Assembly: GCA_030539095.1 (NCBI GenBank) | Contig: JAUNST010000001.1 | Coordinates: 2,377 to 48,997 of the forward strand | Length of the DNA stretch: 46,621 nt | Source of the DNA: a bacterium | GTDB taxonomy: Bacteria > Patescibacteriota > Microgenomatia > UBA1400 > PJMF01 | Direction of reading: 5' to 3' | Part shown: positions 1 through 8,038 of the stretch, piece after piece | Numbering within the stretch: the stretch's first letter is position 1 | How the letters are laid out: every line of letters starts with the position of its first letter | Position numbers and translations under genes: made by a program | Notes under the pieces: generated by a model | Seen by the model: the letters and a program-made list of their open reading frames with translations, nothing else | Told to the model about the DNA's origin: nothing | Databases searched by the model: none

Positions 1-811
1 CCTCACTGACGAAAAATTGGCTGGCAACTGGTTGCCGATAAGTTTCGCTCCACCAAGCCAAATTTTCTTTAGCTCCTAGAATAGCTTTGACGTCTAAATC
101 TGTGCCAATTAAGTGCAAATTTGGCGTGGCAGCCGCTTCCAAAAGAATTGTGCCGGTGCCGCAAAACGGATCGTAAAGAGTTTGTTCTTTAGTAATGTCG
201 CTTTGACCAAGAGCTAAATTTACCATCATTCGCGCTAATTTTGGCGGTAGCATCCCTTTTTTATGATCAGCATACGGTTTGCCGCGATCACGGAGTGTCC
301 AGTCGTCAATATCTTGCACCGCCAAAGTTCTACTTAAAATTAATTCCTGTTGCTGTTCATTTTCTCCTTGAACCATTAAAATTTCAATTAAGTCATGGCG
401 GTGTAAAAGCAAAGCTGCGCTCGCGCCTTGGCGCGATTGATCGTTAAAACGCACTTTCAGACCCATTTCTTGTAAACTTTGTTTTAATTTAATGACGTCA
501 AAACTTTCGCGTTGATCGCGACCAATTTCGCCGATGGCGAAATGAACTTTTGGCTGTTGAAGCTTGAGAAAGTATTCGTTCAAGAAATTTTGCAAGTCGT
601 TATCGGAAATATTTTTGTCAAAATTTTGCAAAATTTCACCAATTTTCACCGTTCCACCAAGATTTTTTATGGCCTCCACCGGATCAGTTTCCATTTGTAC
701 AACAGCCGCTTGACGACTAAAACGACTCACGTTTTGTTCACCAAAAACAGCTTGCAATTCCGCCAAAGATAAATTGGGAGTACTTCCGAGAAGAAAAAGA
801 TATTTTTTCAT
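1..811 (-). CDS. SAM-dependent methyltransferase, UPF0020/Trm11-like putative RNA methylase (C-terminal end lies beyond the window start)
   Basis: Absent from the ORF track because it is open at the window edge. My reverse-strand translation from the ATG (complement of 809-811) reads MKKYLFLLGSTPNLSLAELQ...TLYDPFCGTGTILLEAAATPNLHLIGTDLD...AWWSETYRQPVASQFFVSE. DPFCGTGT is a SAM-binding motif I, and it follows a ~180-aa N-terminal domain as in THUMP/UPF0020 RNA methylases. Confidence 0.6.
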   Translation of the reverse strand, partial: MKKYLFLLGSTPNLSLAELQAVFGEQNVSRFSRQAAVVQMETDPVEAIKNLGGTVKIGEILQNFDKNISDNDLQNFLNEYFLKLQQPKVHFAIGEIGRDQRESFDVIKLKQSLQEMGLKVRFNDQSRQGASAALLLHRHDLIEILMVQGENEQQQELILSRTLAVQDIDDWTLRDRGKPYADHKKGMLPPKLARMMVNLALGQSDITKEQTLYDPFCGTGTILLEAAATPNLHLIGTDLDVKAILGAKENLAWWSETYRQPVASQFFVSE

Positions 812-912
812 ATCACGCACCTTTCCGTGCAACCGTCTTTTAATTCATTTTATAAAAATGAATTAATTATTTTCAGAGTCTTATTTATATTTTCAGCGAC
901 TCTGATAATTTT

Positions 913-1221
913 TTAGATTTTCACCACTTCTAGATTGGTGATGCGTTGGCGATGGCCAATGACTTTGCGATATTTGCTTTTGGATTTGTATTTACCAACT
1001 AGCAATTTTTCGTCTTTACCGCTTTCTAAAACCTTTAGTGTAACTTTAGCTTTTTCCACCAATGGTGTGCCAACGGTGATTTTGCCTTCGTCATTGAGCA
1101 ATAAAACATCACTGACGTCAAAAGTTTTGCCAACTTCTTGATCTAAAAGATCAACAGTTAATTTGTCACCTTCGCTAACTTTATATTGTTTACCCTGAAG
1201 GGCGATTACGGCGTATTTCAT
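913..1221 (-). CDS. rplU: 50S ribosomal protein bL21
   Basis: 102 aa. MKYAVIALQGKQYKVSEGDKLTVDLL...KYKSKSKYRKVIGHRQRITNLEV is a typical bL21 sequence and length. Confidence 0.95.
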   Translation of the reverse strand: MKYAVIALQGKQYKVSEGDKLTVDLLDQEVGKTFDVSDVLLLNDEGKITVGTPLVEKAKVTLKVLESGKDEKLLVGKYKSKSKYRKVIGHRQRITNLEVVKI

Positions 1222-1246
1222 AAGACGGGTATTATATCACAAAAAA
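1222..1246 (-). promoter_or_regulatory. Extended -10 promoter of rplU (TTTTTTGTGATATAATACCCGTCTT, then ATG)
   Basis: The reverse strand reads TGTGATATAAT followed by 9 nt and the ATG. The same block recurs upstream of rpsT and rpsU (see findings). Confidence 0.5.
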
Positions 1247-1281
1247 CTCGAACTCACAAGAGAAGAAGGGCGTTAAATCGG

Positions 1282-1830
1282 TTATTCTCCGAATTCCGTT
1301 CTCCAGGCACGGAAAGTAGCGGTCTGTTCTGGTCCAAATCCGTTTAACTCTGCTTCGATTTCCTCTGGAGTATCTTCTTTCCAGAGTGTTGCTTCACGTT
1401 TGCTAAAGAAAAGATCAGCGTAGGTAATAATTTTTTCTGCTTGAGTTTCTGGCAAAAAATCTTGAGTAGGTAAAGGCAATTGACGAGCACTAATTTCTTT
1501 TTTAGTTAAGCCGACGCCCACGTGGCGTTCCGCCACTTGGGCGTGCTGCGGCAAATTTTCTTGACGTAAAATTTCCGCGCCGGCTACGCCGTGAGCGATA
1601 TACGGTAGATCGCCGACGCAGTCCATTTTGGCGCTGTTAACTTTAAAAACACCAATATCGTGCAACATAGCCGCTTCTTCAATAAATTCTTGTTCTTGAG
1701 CACTTAAATTCAGCCGGCGAGCAATTTTTAAGGCTTTATTGGTAACTAAAATCGCGTGCACAGTAAAAATTTTATAAGTGCGCGTGCCTGGTTGGTAATA
1801 TTTATTGATGATAGCAAAATAATCTAGCAT
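1282..1830 (-). CDS. HD-domain metal-dependent phosphohydrolase
   Basis: 182 aa with AAMLHDIGVF (HD dyad) and later histidines (AHGVAGAE, ERHVGVG), typical of small HD/HDIG hydrolases. Confidence 0.75.
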   Translation of the reverse strand: MLDYFAIINKYYQPGTRTYKIFTVHAILVTNKALKIARRLNLSAQEQEFIEEAAMLHDIGVFKVNSAKMDCVGDLPYIAHGVAGAEILRQENLPQHAQVAERHVGVGLTKKEISARQLPLPTQDFLPETQAEKIITYADLFFSKREATLWKEDTPEEIEAELNGFGPEQTATFRAWRTEFGE

Positions 1831-1838
1831 AATTGAGT

Positions 1839-1847
1839 ATTATAGCA
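1839..1847 (-). promoter_or_regulatory. Extended -10 (TGCTATAAT) 8 nt upstream of the HD-gene ATG
   Basis: The reverse strand reads cgTGCTATAATactcaattATG. Confidence 0.45.
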
Positions 1848-1876
1848 CGCAGGGACTCACCTATTTTTCCGCTTTC

Positions 1877-1885
1877 TGCTATAAT
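1877..1885 (+). promoter_or_regulatory. Extended -10 (TGCTATAAT) 6 nt upstream of the ATG at 1892, predicting a leaderless mRNA
   Basis: tgctataat-gttttt-ATG, with no Shine-Dalgarno sequence. Confidence 0.45.
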
Positions 1886-1891
1886 GTTTTT

Positions 1892-2620
1892 ATGAAAAAA
1901 CGGCGTACGTCTTGGTATAACCAAAAAAAACAACTGCAATTGACAGCTGTTGTTTGCGCTTGGGTTTTGGTCGCTTGTTTTTTTTGCCAACATTTTTTGT
2001 CTGCGCGGACTCAAGTCTTGGGCTTATCTACTAAATTGGACACGCAAAAAATTGTTGACTTGCTCAATTTAGAAAGGGCGAAAAAAGGTTTGGGCCCGTT
2101 GAGCGTGAACGAGCAGCTGGATCAGGCTGCGATTGCCAAAGGCGAAAACATGTTTTCCAATAATTATTGGGCACACGTTGGTCCGGATGGAACTCAGCCG
2201 TGGAGTTTTATTAGTGGCGCTGGTTACGCTTATCAAAGTGCCGGTGAAAATTTAGCCCGCGATTTCACTGATGAGCAAAGTTTGCTTAACGGTTGGTTAG
2301 CTTCTGCCACTCACAAAGCCAATATTCTCAATGGTAATTTTAGTGAAACGGGAGTGGCGGTTTTAGACGGAGAAATTAACGGCGAACCAGTTCTATTAAT
2401 TGTTAATTTATTTGCTCAACCGTTAAGCGCTACTGGACAAGCGCCAGAGATTGCGATTTATCAGCAAGATAATCAGGGTTTAGTTCTGGCGGGTGAAGTG
2501 TTGCCCGTTGGTCAATTAACAGCTGGACGAGCTCAACTTTCTTGGTCGCAATGGCTTTTTGTTGGTGGAGTGCTCCTTTTAGCCAGCGTGATCGTGTATA
2601 ATTTGAGCAAAAGGAAATAA
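1892..2620 (+). CDS. CAP/SCP (YkwD-like) domain protein with N- and C-terminal hydrophobic segments
   Basis: 242 aa. NNYWAHVGPDG...GYAYQSAGENLARDF...GWLASATHKANIL matches the conserved CAP-domain blocks. There is an N-terminal TM/signal segment and a C-terminal TM. Confidence 0.75.
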   Translation: MKKRRTSWYNQKKQLQLTAVVCAWVLVACFFCQHFLSARTQVLGLSTKLDTQKIVDLLNLERAKKGLGPLSVNEQLDQAAIAKGENMFSNNYWAHVGPDGTQPWSFISGAGYAYQSAGENLARDFTDEQSLLNGWLASATHKANILNGNFSETGVAVLDGEINGEPVLLIVNLFAQPLSATGQAPEIAIYQQDNQGLVLAGEVLPVGQLTAGRAQLSWSQWLFVGGVLLLASVIVYNLSKRK

Positions 2621-2621
2621 A

Positions 2622-2990
2622 GTGAAACAAGGTCTTTTTCAATTAATCTATTTTACTTATTTACACAATCAGCTGGCTATTGGTTTAGCGTTGGCGGCCT
2701 TGGTGAGTTTATTTATTTTAATTAAAAAGCCAGCTCGTCGTTATGTTTTCTTTTTTATTGGTTTTATACTTTTACTTTTGCATTTTGAATATCAAAAACA
2801 TATTGTCCAAGATTTAGCCGAACAAACAATTTCTACTTTGTTTTTAGAAGAAGGTCATTATCGCTGGCGTTGGTTCACCAAAGTAACTCTTTATCATTTA
2901 ACGCCGTTTTTGCTTTGGCTCGCTGGTTGGGGCAGCGTTATTTTAGGTATTCTCAATCCTCGCTTCAATAAAAAAGAGAAGCTAAGCTGA
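2622..2990 (+). CDS. Hypothetical integral membrane protein
   Basis: 122 aa with 3-4 hydrophobic helices. GTG start 2 nt after the upstream stop. No recognisable motif. Confidence 0.5.
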   Translation: MKQGLFQLIYFTYLHNQLAIGLALAALVSLFILIKKPARRYVFFFIGFILLLLHFEYQKHIVQDLAEQTISTLFLEEGHYRWRWFTKVTLYHLTPFLLWLAGWGSVILGILNPRFNKKEKLS

Positions 2991-3046
2991 GGGCGTTTTT
3001 TCATCTACCAATTTTATAATTGAAATCACAATAAATAATTGGAAAG

Positions 3047-3622
3047 GTGGATGTGAGAAACTTTTTTAACGAAACAAAATGGCTTTTGGGAATTATTGGT
3101 TTGTTAATGTTGGTAGTAGGAATTTTTCTTTTAGTACGGCCGATCGGAACAATGATTTTTGGCACGATGTTAATCGGTTTGGCATTAATGATTGCCGGAA
3201 TTTTTTATTTTGTTAGTTTCTTTTTCAATCTTAAAGCTCCATGGGCCGGTTGGATGATGATCACCGCCATTATTAATTTTTTAGTTGGAGCTTTGCTTTT
3301 GGCGCGCCCAAGTTTAAGTTTAGATATTATTGTTTTTCTTTTTGGTTTGTGGGCGATTGCCTTGGGCGCTAGCGTTTTTGCTAATTCTTTTGCTGCCCGT
3401 ACTTTCCGTCACAGCGGTTGGGGCTGGCAATTAGTGGGTGGTTTATTAGGAATTTTAGTTGGTATTTTAATTATCTTTAATCCTTTGGCTGGTTTTGTTA
3501 CTTTGAATTGGATAATTGCCGTAGCTTTCATTTTTTACGGTATTGCTAATATTATTGGTGCTTTTTATCTCAATAATCACACTAAAGAATTAAATACACT
3601 TTACAAAGCTCTTAGATTCTAA
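3047..3622 (+). CDS. HdeD/DUF308-family membrane protein
   Basis: 191 aa with six regularly spaced glycine-rich TM helices (LLGIIGLLMLVVGIFLLVRP, WQLVGGLLGILVGILIIFNP), as in DUF308. GTG start preceded by GGAAAGG. Confidence 0.6.
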   Translation: MDVRNFFNETKWLLGIIGLLMLVVGIFLLVRPIGTMIFGTMLIGLALMIAGIFYFVSFFFNLKAPWAGWMMITAIINFLVGALLLARPSLSLDIIVFLFGLWAIALGASVFANSFAARTFRHSGWGWQLVGGLLGILVGILIIFNPLAGFVTLNWIIAVAFIFYGIANIIGAFYLNNHTKELNTLYKALRF

Positions 3623-3652
3623 AGTTTAAAAATAATTTAAAGTTTGATTTTG

Positions 3653-3692
3653 CTCACGAAAAAATCCCTTACTATAGGGATTTTTTCGTGAG
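3653..3692 (+). terminator. Intrinsic terminator, 16-bp perfect stem
   Basis: ctcacgaaaaaatccc-ttactata-gggattttttcgtgag, directly after the stop at 3622. Confidence 0.7.
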
Positions 3693-3713
3693 TAAAATTT
3701 ACTCTCTTGAATA

Positions 3714-3722
3714 TGTTATAAT
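3714..3722 (+). promoter_or_regulatory. Extended -10 (TGTTATAAT) 9 nt upstream of the ATG at 3732
   Basis: atgttataatgaaatta is repeated verbatim at 29887-29903. Confidence 0.45.
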
Positions 3723-3731
3723 GAAATTATT

Positions 3732-4502
3732 ATGTTTGAAGATCAATCACCTTTGCGTAATGAACAAAACAGTGCTCAATCATCATCAGATTTAGACGTT
3801 TTATTGGATCAACAAAAATTGCTTGACCAAGAAGAAACTCCGTTTACTGTAAAAAAGAAACGCCAAGCAAAAATTGCTAAAACTGGTAATGAAGCGACAA
3901 AATTTGTAATTTTTTTAGGTTTGGTACTGATCTTAATTTTAGTTCTTATTTATTATTTTGGCAGTCGACGACAAAACTCTGCCGCCGTTTCTCAGAACGT
4001 TCCGCTTCTGGGGCCTACGATGACGACATTTGATTTGGCTGAAATTTTAGTTCCAGAGACGGAGCCAATTAAAGAACCAACTGCTACTAGCGCCAGCGGT
4101 GTACAATTAAAATTAAGCGAGGTCGCTCTGACTGAACCAGTGAGTATTTCGCCAACGCAAACTTACGTTAATTTTAAAAAAGCCATTAATGAAGTTTCCA
4201 CTTTGGAGGATTTTCTTGATGTAAGTAAAGAATACGTTAATGGCAGTAGCCGCAAAAATTTAATTGGCTTAGAAATGAGTTTAGGTGCCCTTTCTAGCGA
4301 AGTTAAAAATCAAACTTTGGCTCAACTTTTGGACACCACGCCGGCATTGGCGGACTTAAAAACTGTTCAAGAAACTACCACCGGTGACTCGTCAACTTTA
4401 ATTGTGACGACGAAAAATGGTAGCGAAGGCACCATTGAAATGGTACGTGAAGCTGGCGAGTGGAAGATTGCCAAGGAAAATTGGGCTTTAGCCAACGAAT
4501 AA
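3732..4502 (+). CDS. Hypothetical membrane-anchored protein (disordered N-terminus, one TM, extracytoplasmic domain)
   Basis: 256 aa. Polar N-terminus, TM FVIFLGLVLILILVLIYYF, then a ~170-aa domain with no recognised motif. Confidence 0.5.
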   Translation: MFEDQSPLRNEQNSAQSSSDLDVLLDQQKLLDQEETPFTVKKKRQAKIAKTGNEATKFVIFLGLVLILILVLIYYFGSRRQNSAAVSQNVPLLGPTMTTFDLAEILVPETEPIKEPTATSASGVQLKLSEVALTEPVSISPTQTYVNFKKAINEVSTLEDFLDVSKEYVNGSSRKNLIGLEMSLGALSSEVKNQTLAQLLDTTPALADLKTVQETTTGDSSTLIVTTKNGSEGTIEMVREAGEWKIAKENWALANE

Positions 4503-4554
4503 TTTTAATGAAAAAAACAAAATTACCTCGTCAAAAGCTAGGTTCTTTTTTTCG

Positions 4555-4966
4555 TGGAGATGACGGGATTGAACCCGTGTCTGTAGATAATCAACTTTCG
4601 CCTTCTACCAAGATAGTTAACTTTCATGATGACTATTTAAGCGAGTTAACCAACTTTGAATAGTCCTCAACGCAAAATTAGCAGACAAAATAAGCGCGTT
4701 GCTCTCTTATAGCGTTGCTATCGGCTAAGTTTTCACCGCAAGTAAAACGACGATAAAATTTTAGCTTGTAGTGCCAAAACAATTAAGCCACGTAGGCGTA
4801 ATTGGCTGGAGCGAATACGTTTGCTACAGCACCAACGGTGTCGAGTAAAAGTGATTTCGCTTTGCTGACGAATTTATCGGCAGTTAAAGTTTGATCGATT
4901 TTTACCTCTTCGATCAAAGACGCTTGGCGAGCAAGAACCAATTTCTACATCAAAACAAACATCCCC
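4555..4966 (-). ncRNA. ssrA: tmRNA (transfer-messenger RNA)
   Basis: On the reverse strand, 5' GGGGATG (complement of 4960-4966) pairs with CATCTCC (complement of 4556-4562), giving a 7-bp acceptor stem with a G3:U wobble. The discriminator is A at 4555. The adjacent T-arm is ACGGG-TTCAAT-CCCGT (4563-4578). An internal tag frame is present at 4783-4824. CCA is not fully encoded. Confidence 0.8.
4783..4824 (-). other. tmRNA tag-coding frame, predicted tag (A)ANVFAPANYAYVA-stop
   Basis: GCA AAC GTA TTC GCT CCA GCC AAT TAC GCC TAC GTG GCT TAA. It starts GCA AAC like the E. coli tag and ends in a hydrophobic Y-x-Y-V-A tail. The exact resume codon is uncertain. Confidence 0.6.
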
Positions 4967-4987
4967 AAATTAAAGAACAGAGTGATA

Positions 4988-5521
4988 TTATAACACAATT
5001 GCCGCAATTTCTGGATCTTTCGCTGTAATTTCTTCAGCGGTTAAGCCAATTAATTCGTGCGGCAAGACTAACCAACGATCGGTTTCATGAAGGTAAAAAT
5101 CTGGCGCAAAATCAACTAAGCAGCGGCTAGGTTTGTAAAAAATCGTGGCTACTTTGATTTTGCGCGTGACTTTGGCAATGATATTTTTGACCGCAGCCAT
5201 AGTGGAACCAGTGTCAAAAATATCATCAATTAAAAGCACTTGACTTTTTGAGTTTAGATTAGCGAGTACGTGATCCATATTTTCCACTTGAACTTGCGTG
5301 CGTTGATCTATATCTTGATAAGCAGAAGTTTTAACAATGGTGTGATAACAAGTGACACCTTTGTAAGTGAAAAATTCTTGTACAGCCATGCCGACCAAAG
5401 AACCACCACGCCAGAGCACAATAATAGCGTCTGGCACCAAACCACTTTCATAGATTTTTTTTGCTAAAGCAAAACTATCGTGATTTAGGGTTTGGGCGTT
5501 AATGTAATCTTTGGTCGGCAT
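4988..5521 (-). CDS. Phosphoribosyltransferase family protein (purine PRT-like)
   Basis: 177 aa. VLLIDDIFDTGSTM is the PRPP-binding motif of type I phosphoribosyltransferases. Confidence 0.75.
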   Translation of the reverse strand: MPTKDYINAQTLNHDSFALAKKIYESGLVPDAIIVLWRGGSLVGMAVQEFFTYKGVTCYHTIVKTSAYQDIDQRTQVQVENMDHVLANLNSKSQVLLIDDIFDTGSTMAAVKNIIAKVTRKIKVATIFYKPSRCLVDFAPDFYLHETDRWLVLPHELIGLTAEEITAKDPEIAAIVL

Positions 5522-5535
5522 CTTTAATTTTTTAA

Positions 5536-7827
5536 TTAAAAGCGACGGCGATTATTGCGATTGCGATCAAAGCCACCGCGATTGCCGCTGACACGATCGC
5601 CGGCGGAGCGGCGATCGTTTTGACGACCACCACGGAAAGCCGGACGAGCTGGGCGATTAGCTTTCGCTTGTTCTTCTTGCTCGGCAGTTAACATTGACAT
5701 TTTCACTTTGCCGTCTGGTTGAATATCGCTGATGCGAACGTGAATCGTATCACCGAGTTTCACTAATTTATTAGGATCATCGAGATATTCAGTCGACATC
5801 GCTGAGACGTGAACAAGACCTTCTTTGTTAAAACCATAATTAACAAAGCAGCCGTAATTTTCGATTCTGGTGACAACGCCGTCATACTCATCGCCGATTG
5901 TATCCACCTTCATCATTCCTTGCACCATATCTACCGCTTTTTGAATCGCAGCTTGATCGGAAGAAGAAATATTCACTTGACCAATTTTCTTTTCTTCGTC
6001 TTCTTCTACGTCAATTTGAGCGCCGGAAGTTTCGATGAGACTTTTAATGTTTTTACCGCCAGGTCCAATTAATTCACCGATGCGATCAGCAGGAATTGTT
6101 AATTGCACAATTTTCGGCGCATATTGACTAATTTCTGGTCGTGGTTCCGCCAAACAAGCGAGCATTTTATCTAAGATAAATAAACGACCCTCTCGAGCTT
6201 GAGCTAAAGCTTTAGTTAAAATTTCTAAAGTAATGCCTTTGATTTTGATATCCATCTGCAAAGCAGTGATACCATCAGCTGTGCCGGCTACTTTAAAGTC
6301 CATATCACCGCAATGATCTTCCACGTCGCGAATATCAGAAAGAATCTGATATTTAGCGCCATCAGAAATTAAACCCATAGCAATACCAGCTACTGGTCGT
6401 TTAATCGGGACGCCAGCCGCCATCAAAGAAAGCGTGCTGCCGCAGACCGAAGCCTGAGAAGTGGAACCATTGGAACTTAAAATTTCCGAAACTACGTGAA
6501 TGGTATATGGGAAAGCTTCTTGATCAGGAATTACTGGCAAAAGAGCTCTTTCCGCCAAAGCGCCATGACCAACTTCGCGCCGCTTGGGTGAACCCATGCG
6601 GCCGGCTTCGCCGGAAGCATATGGTGGCATACTGTAAAAATGCATGTAGTGACGCACATCTTCACCACCCATATCTTCGATAAGTTGACCTAAAGAAGGC
6701 GAACCCAACGTGGTCACTGTAATCGCTTGAGTGGCACCGCGTTTAAACATGGCGCTGCCATGAGTGCGCGGGAAAACATCTACTTCGCAAGAAATTGGGC
6801 GAATCTCCGTGGTTTGTCTGCCGTCTGGACGGATACCTTCGTTGATAATTTTTGCGCGAATAGCTTTGGCGGCTGCTTCATGCCAAGCTGCCTTAACGTC
6901 GCCCAAAGTAATTTCTCCGAGTTCTGCGGCGGCAATTTGTTGCAAAAGGTTTTCGTCAGCGTTAATTTTTTCAGTGATGGCGGTTAATTTTTCCTCTAAA
7001 CCAGTTTCTTCAAAATTGGCTTCTTTTTTAACAATATCTGCCATGTCGATATCACTGAAAAAAGGCGTGATTAAAGCGGATTTTTTCTCAGCCAAAGCTT
7101 TTTCACTAACAAATTCAATTTTCTTTTTACCTATTTGAGCAGCTATTTCGTTAATTTGAGCGCAAATTCTGCTTAATTCTTCTTGAGCCGCACCCAAAGC
7201 TTGAATCATAAAGTCTTCTTTGACTTCTTGTGCGCCGGCTTCCACCATCACAATAGATTCGAGACCACCGGAAACGATTAGATCTAATTTAGAGTTGGCG
7301 CGTTGTTCCTCCGATGGGTTAAAAATAAATTTTTGGCCCACTTCGTCGTAACCAACCCGCACACCAGCAATCGGACCTTCAAAAGGCACATCGCTCACCG
7401 CTAAAGCAATACCGCTGGCCAACATGCCCAGCATATCGTCTGGCGCATTTTTGTCATACGAAAAAACTGTGTTTACCACTTGCACCTCACGCATGAAGCC
7501 CTCTGGAAAAAGTGGACGAATCGAACGGTCAATGACGCGCGATTTCAAAATTGAGCCATCGGAAGGTCGGCCGTCTCGTTTGATCCAGCGCGAACCTTTA
7601 ATAATACCGCCGGCATAAAGTTTTTCCATGAATTCCACGGAAAGTGGAAAGTAGCCGACATTACTTTCGCCGCCCAAAGCAACAGTGCAGTTCACCACTG
7701 TATCATCGCATTGGACTAATACGTCTGCACTGGCCTGTTGGCCGAGTTTACCGACGTTGATTTGGACATCTTTGTCCCCGACTTTAATAGTCGTATTGAA
7801 TTGATCTTGATAGCTTGGATAAGCCAT
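5536..7827 (-). CDS. pnp: Polyribonucleotide nucleotidyltransferase (PNPase) with an Arg/Gly-rich C-terminal tail
   Basis: 763 aa with two RNase PH-like cores, a KH region (RIGELIGPGGKNIK), an S1 domain (GVVTRIENYGCFVNY...GLVHVS) and the tail RGGRQNDRRSAGDRVSGNRGGFDRNRNNRRRF. Confidence 0.97.
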   Translation of the reverse strand: MAYPSYQDQFNTTIKVGDKDVQINVGKLGQQASADVLVQCDDTVVNCTVALGGESNVGYFPLSVEFMEKLYAGGIIKGSRWIKRDGRPSDGSILKSRVIDRSIRPLFPEGFMREVQVVNTVFSYDKNAPDDMLGMLASGIALAVSDVPFEGPIAGVRVGYDEVGQKFIFNPSEEQRANSKLDLIVSGGLESIVMVEAGAQEVKEDFMIQALGAAQEELSRICAQINEIAAQIGKKKIEFVSEKALAEKKSALITPFFSDIDMADIVKKEANFEETGLEEKLTAITEKINADENLLQQIAAAELGEITLGDVKAAWHEAAAKAIRAKIINEGIRPDGRQTTEIRPISCEVDVFPRTHGSAMFKRGATQAITVTTLGSPSLGQLIEDMGGEDVRHYMHFYSMPPYASGEAGRMGSPKRREVGHGALAERALLPVIPDQEAFPYTIHVVSEILSSNGSTSQASVCGSTLSLMAAGVPIKRPVAGIAMGLISDGAKYQILSDIRDVEDHCGDMDFKVAGTADGITALQMDIKIKGITLEILTKALAQAREGRLFILDKMLACLAEPRPEISQYAPKIVQLTIPADRIGELIGPGGKNIKSLIETSGAQIDVEEDEEKKIGQVNISSSDQAAIQKAVDMVQGMMKVDTIGDEYDGVVTRIENYGCFVNYGFNKEGLVHVSAMSTEYLDDPNKLVKLGDTIHVRISDIQPDGKVKMSMLTAEQEEQAKANRPARPAFRGGRQNDRRSAGDRVSGNRGGFDRNRNNRRRF

Positions 7828-7989
7828 ACGATCCTTTCTTAGATAAGGTGAAACTCAAGAATCCAGCAAGAAACGACATTCGTTTCTTTTATAAGTCCAA
7901 AACCTGTTGAAAATTTTGGACAAAGATACGAGGATATCATCTCTTGAGAAGGCTCAAGTTTTTTTGCCTTATCATCAATTAAATAATAT
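7828..7989 (-). promoter_or_regulatory. Structured ~160-nt 5' leader of pnp
   Basis: The reverse strand contains cttgag-cctt-ctcaag, gtccaaaa-(11 nt)-ttttggac and agaaacg-aatgt-cgtttct between the predicted promoter and the ATG. Confidence 0.4.
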
Positions 7990-7995
7990 ATCTAT

Positions 7996-8004
7996 ATTAT
8001 ATCA
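7996..8004 (-). promoter_or_regulatory. Extended -10 promoter (TGATATAAT) for pnp
   Basis: The reverse strand reads cttaTGATATAATatag, about 35 nt downstream of the preceding stop codon. Confidence 0.45.
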
Positions 8005-8038
8005 TAAGAAGACTTAAATCGTTTGCTGGCGGGTTTGT

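Noticed and set aside
241-772. Plus-strand ORFs 241-447 and 512-772 from the track
   Set aside because: They lie antisense within a longer, motif-bearing reverse-strand methyltransferase ORF (1-811). Their translations are low-complexity with no motifs.
841-866. 10-bp palindrome aattcatttt-ata-aaaatgaatt downstream of rplU as a terminator
   Set aside because: It is entirely A/T and has no following U-run on the transcribed (minus) strand, so it cannot be distinguished from chance in AT-rich spacer.
4460-4663. A 67-aa plus-strand ORF, and my first reading of 4555-4640 (minus) as an ordinary tRNA
   Set aside because: The T-arm and acceptor 3' strand have no D-arm or anticodon arm next to them. 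The matching 5' acceptor strand lies 400 nt away at 4960-4966 and a tag frame lies in between, so this is the tRNA-like domain of a tmRNA. The ORF is spurious.
5809-7618. Several 64-124-aa plus-strand ORFs inside pnp, with similar cases inside the giant ORF (9356-10554), fusA and tuf (31734-35135) and the 171-aa ORF at 33483-33998
   Set aside because: All are antisense or out of frame within highly conserved genes. None has promoter or Shine-Dalgarno context.
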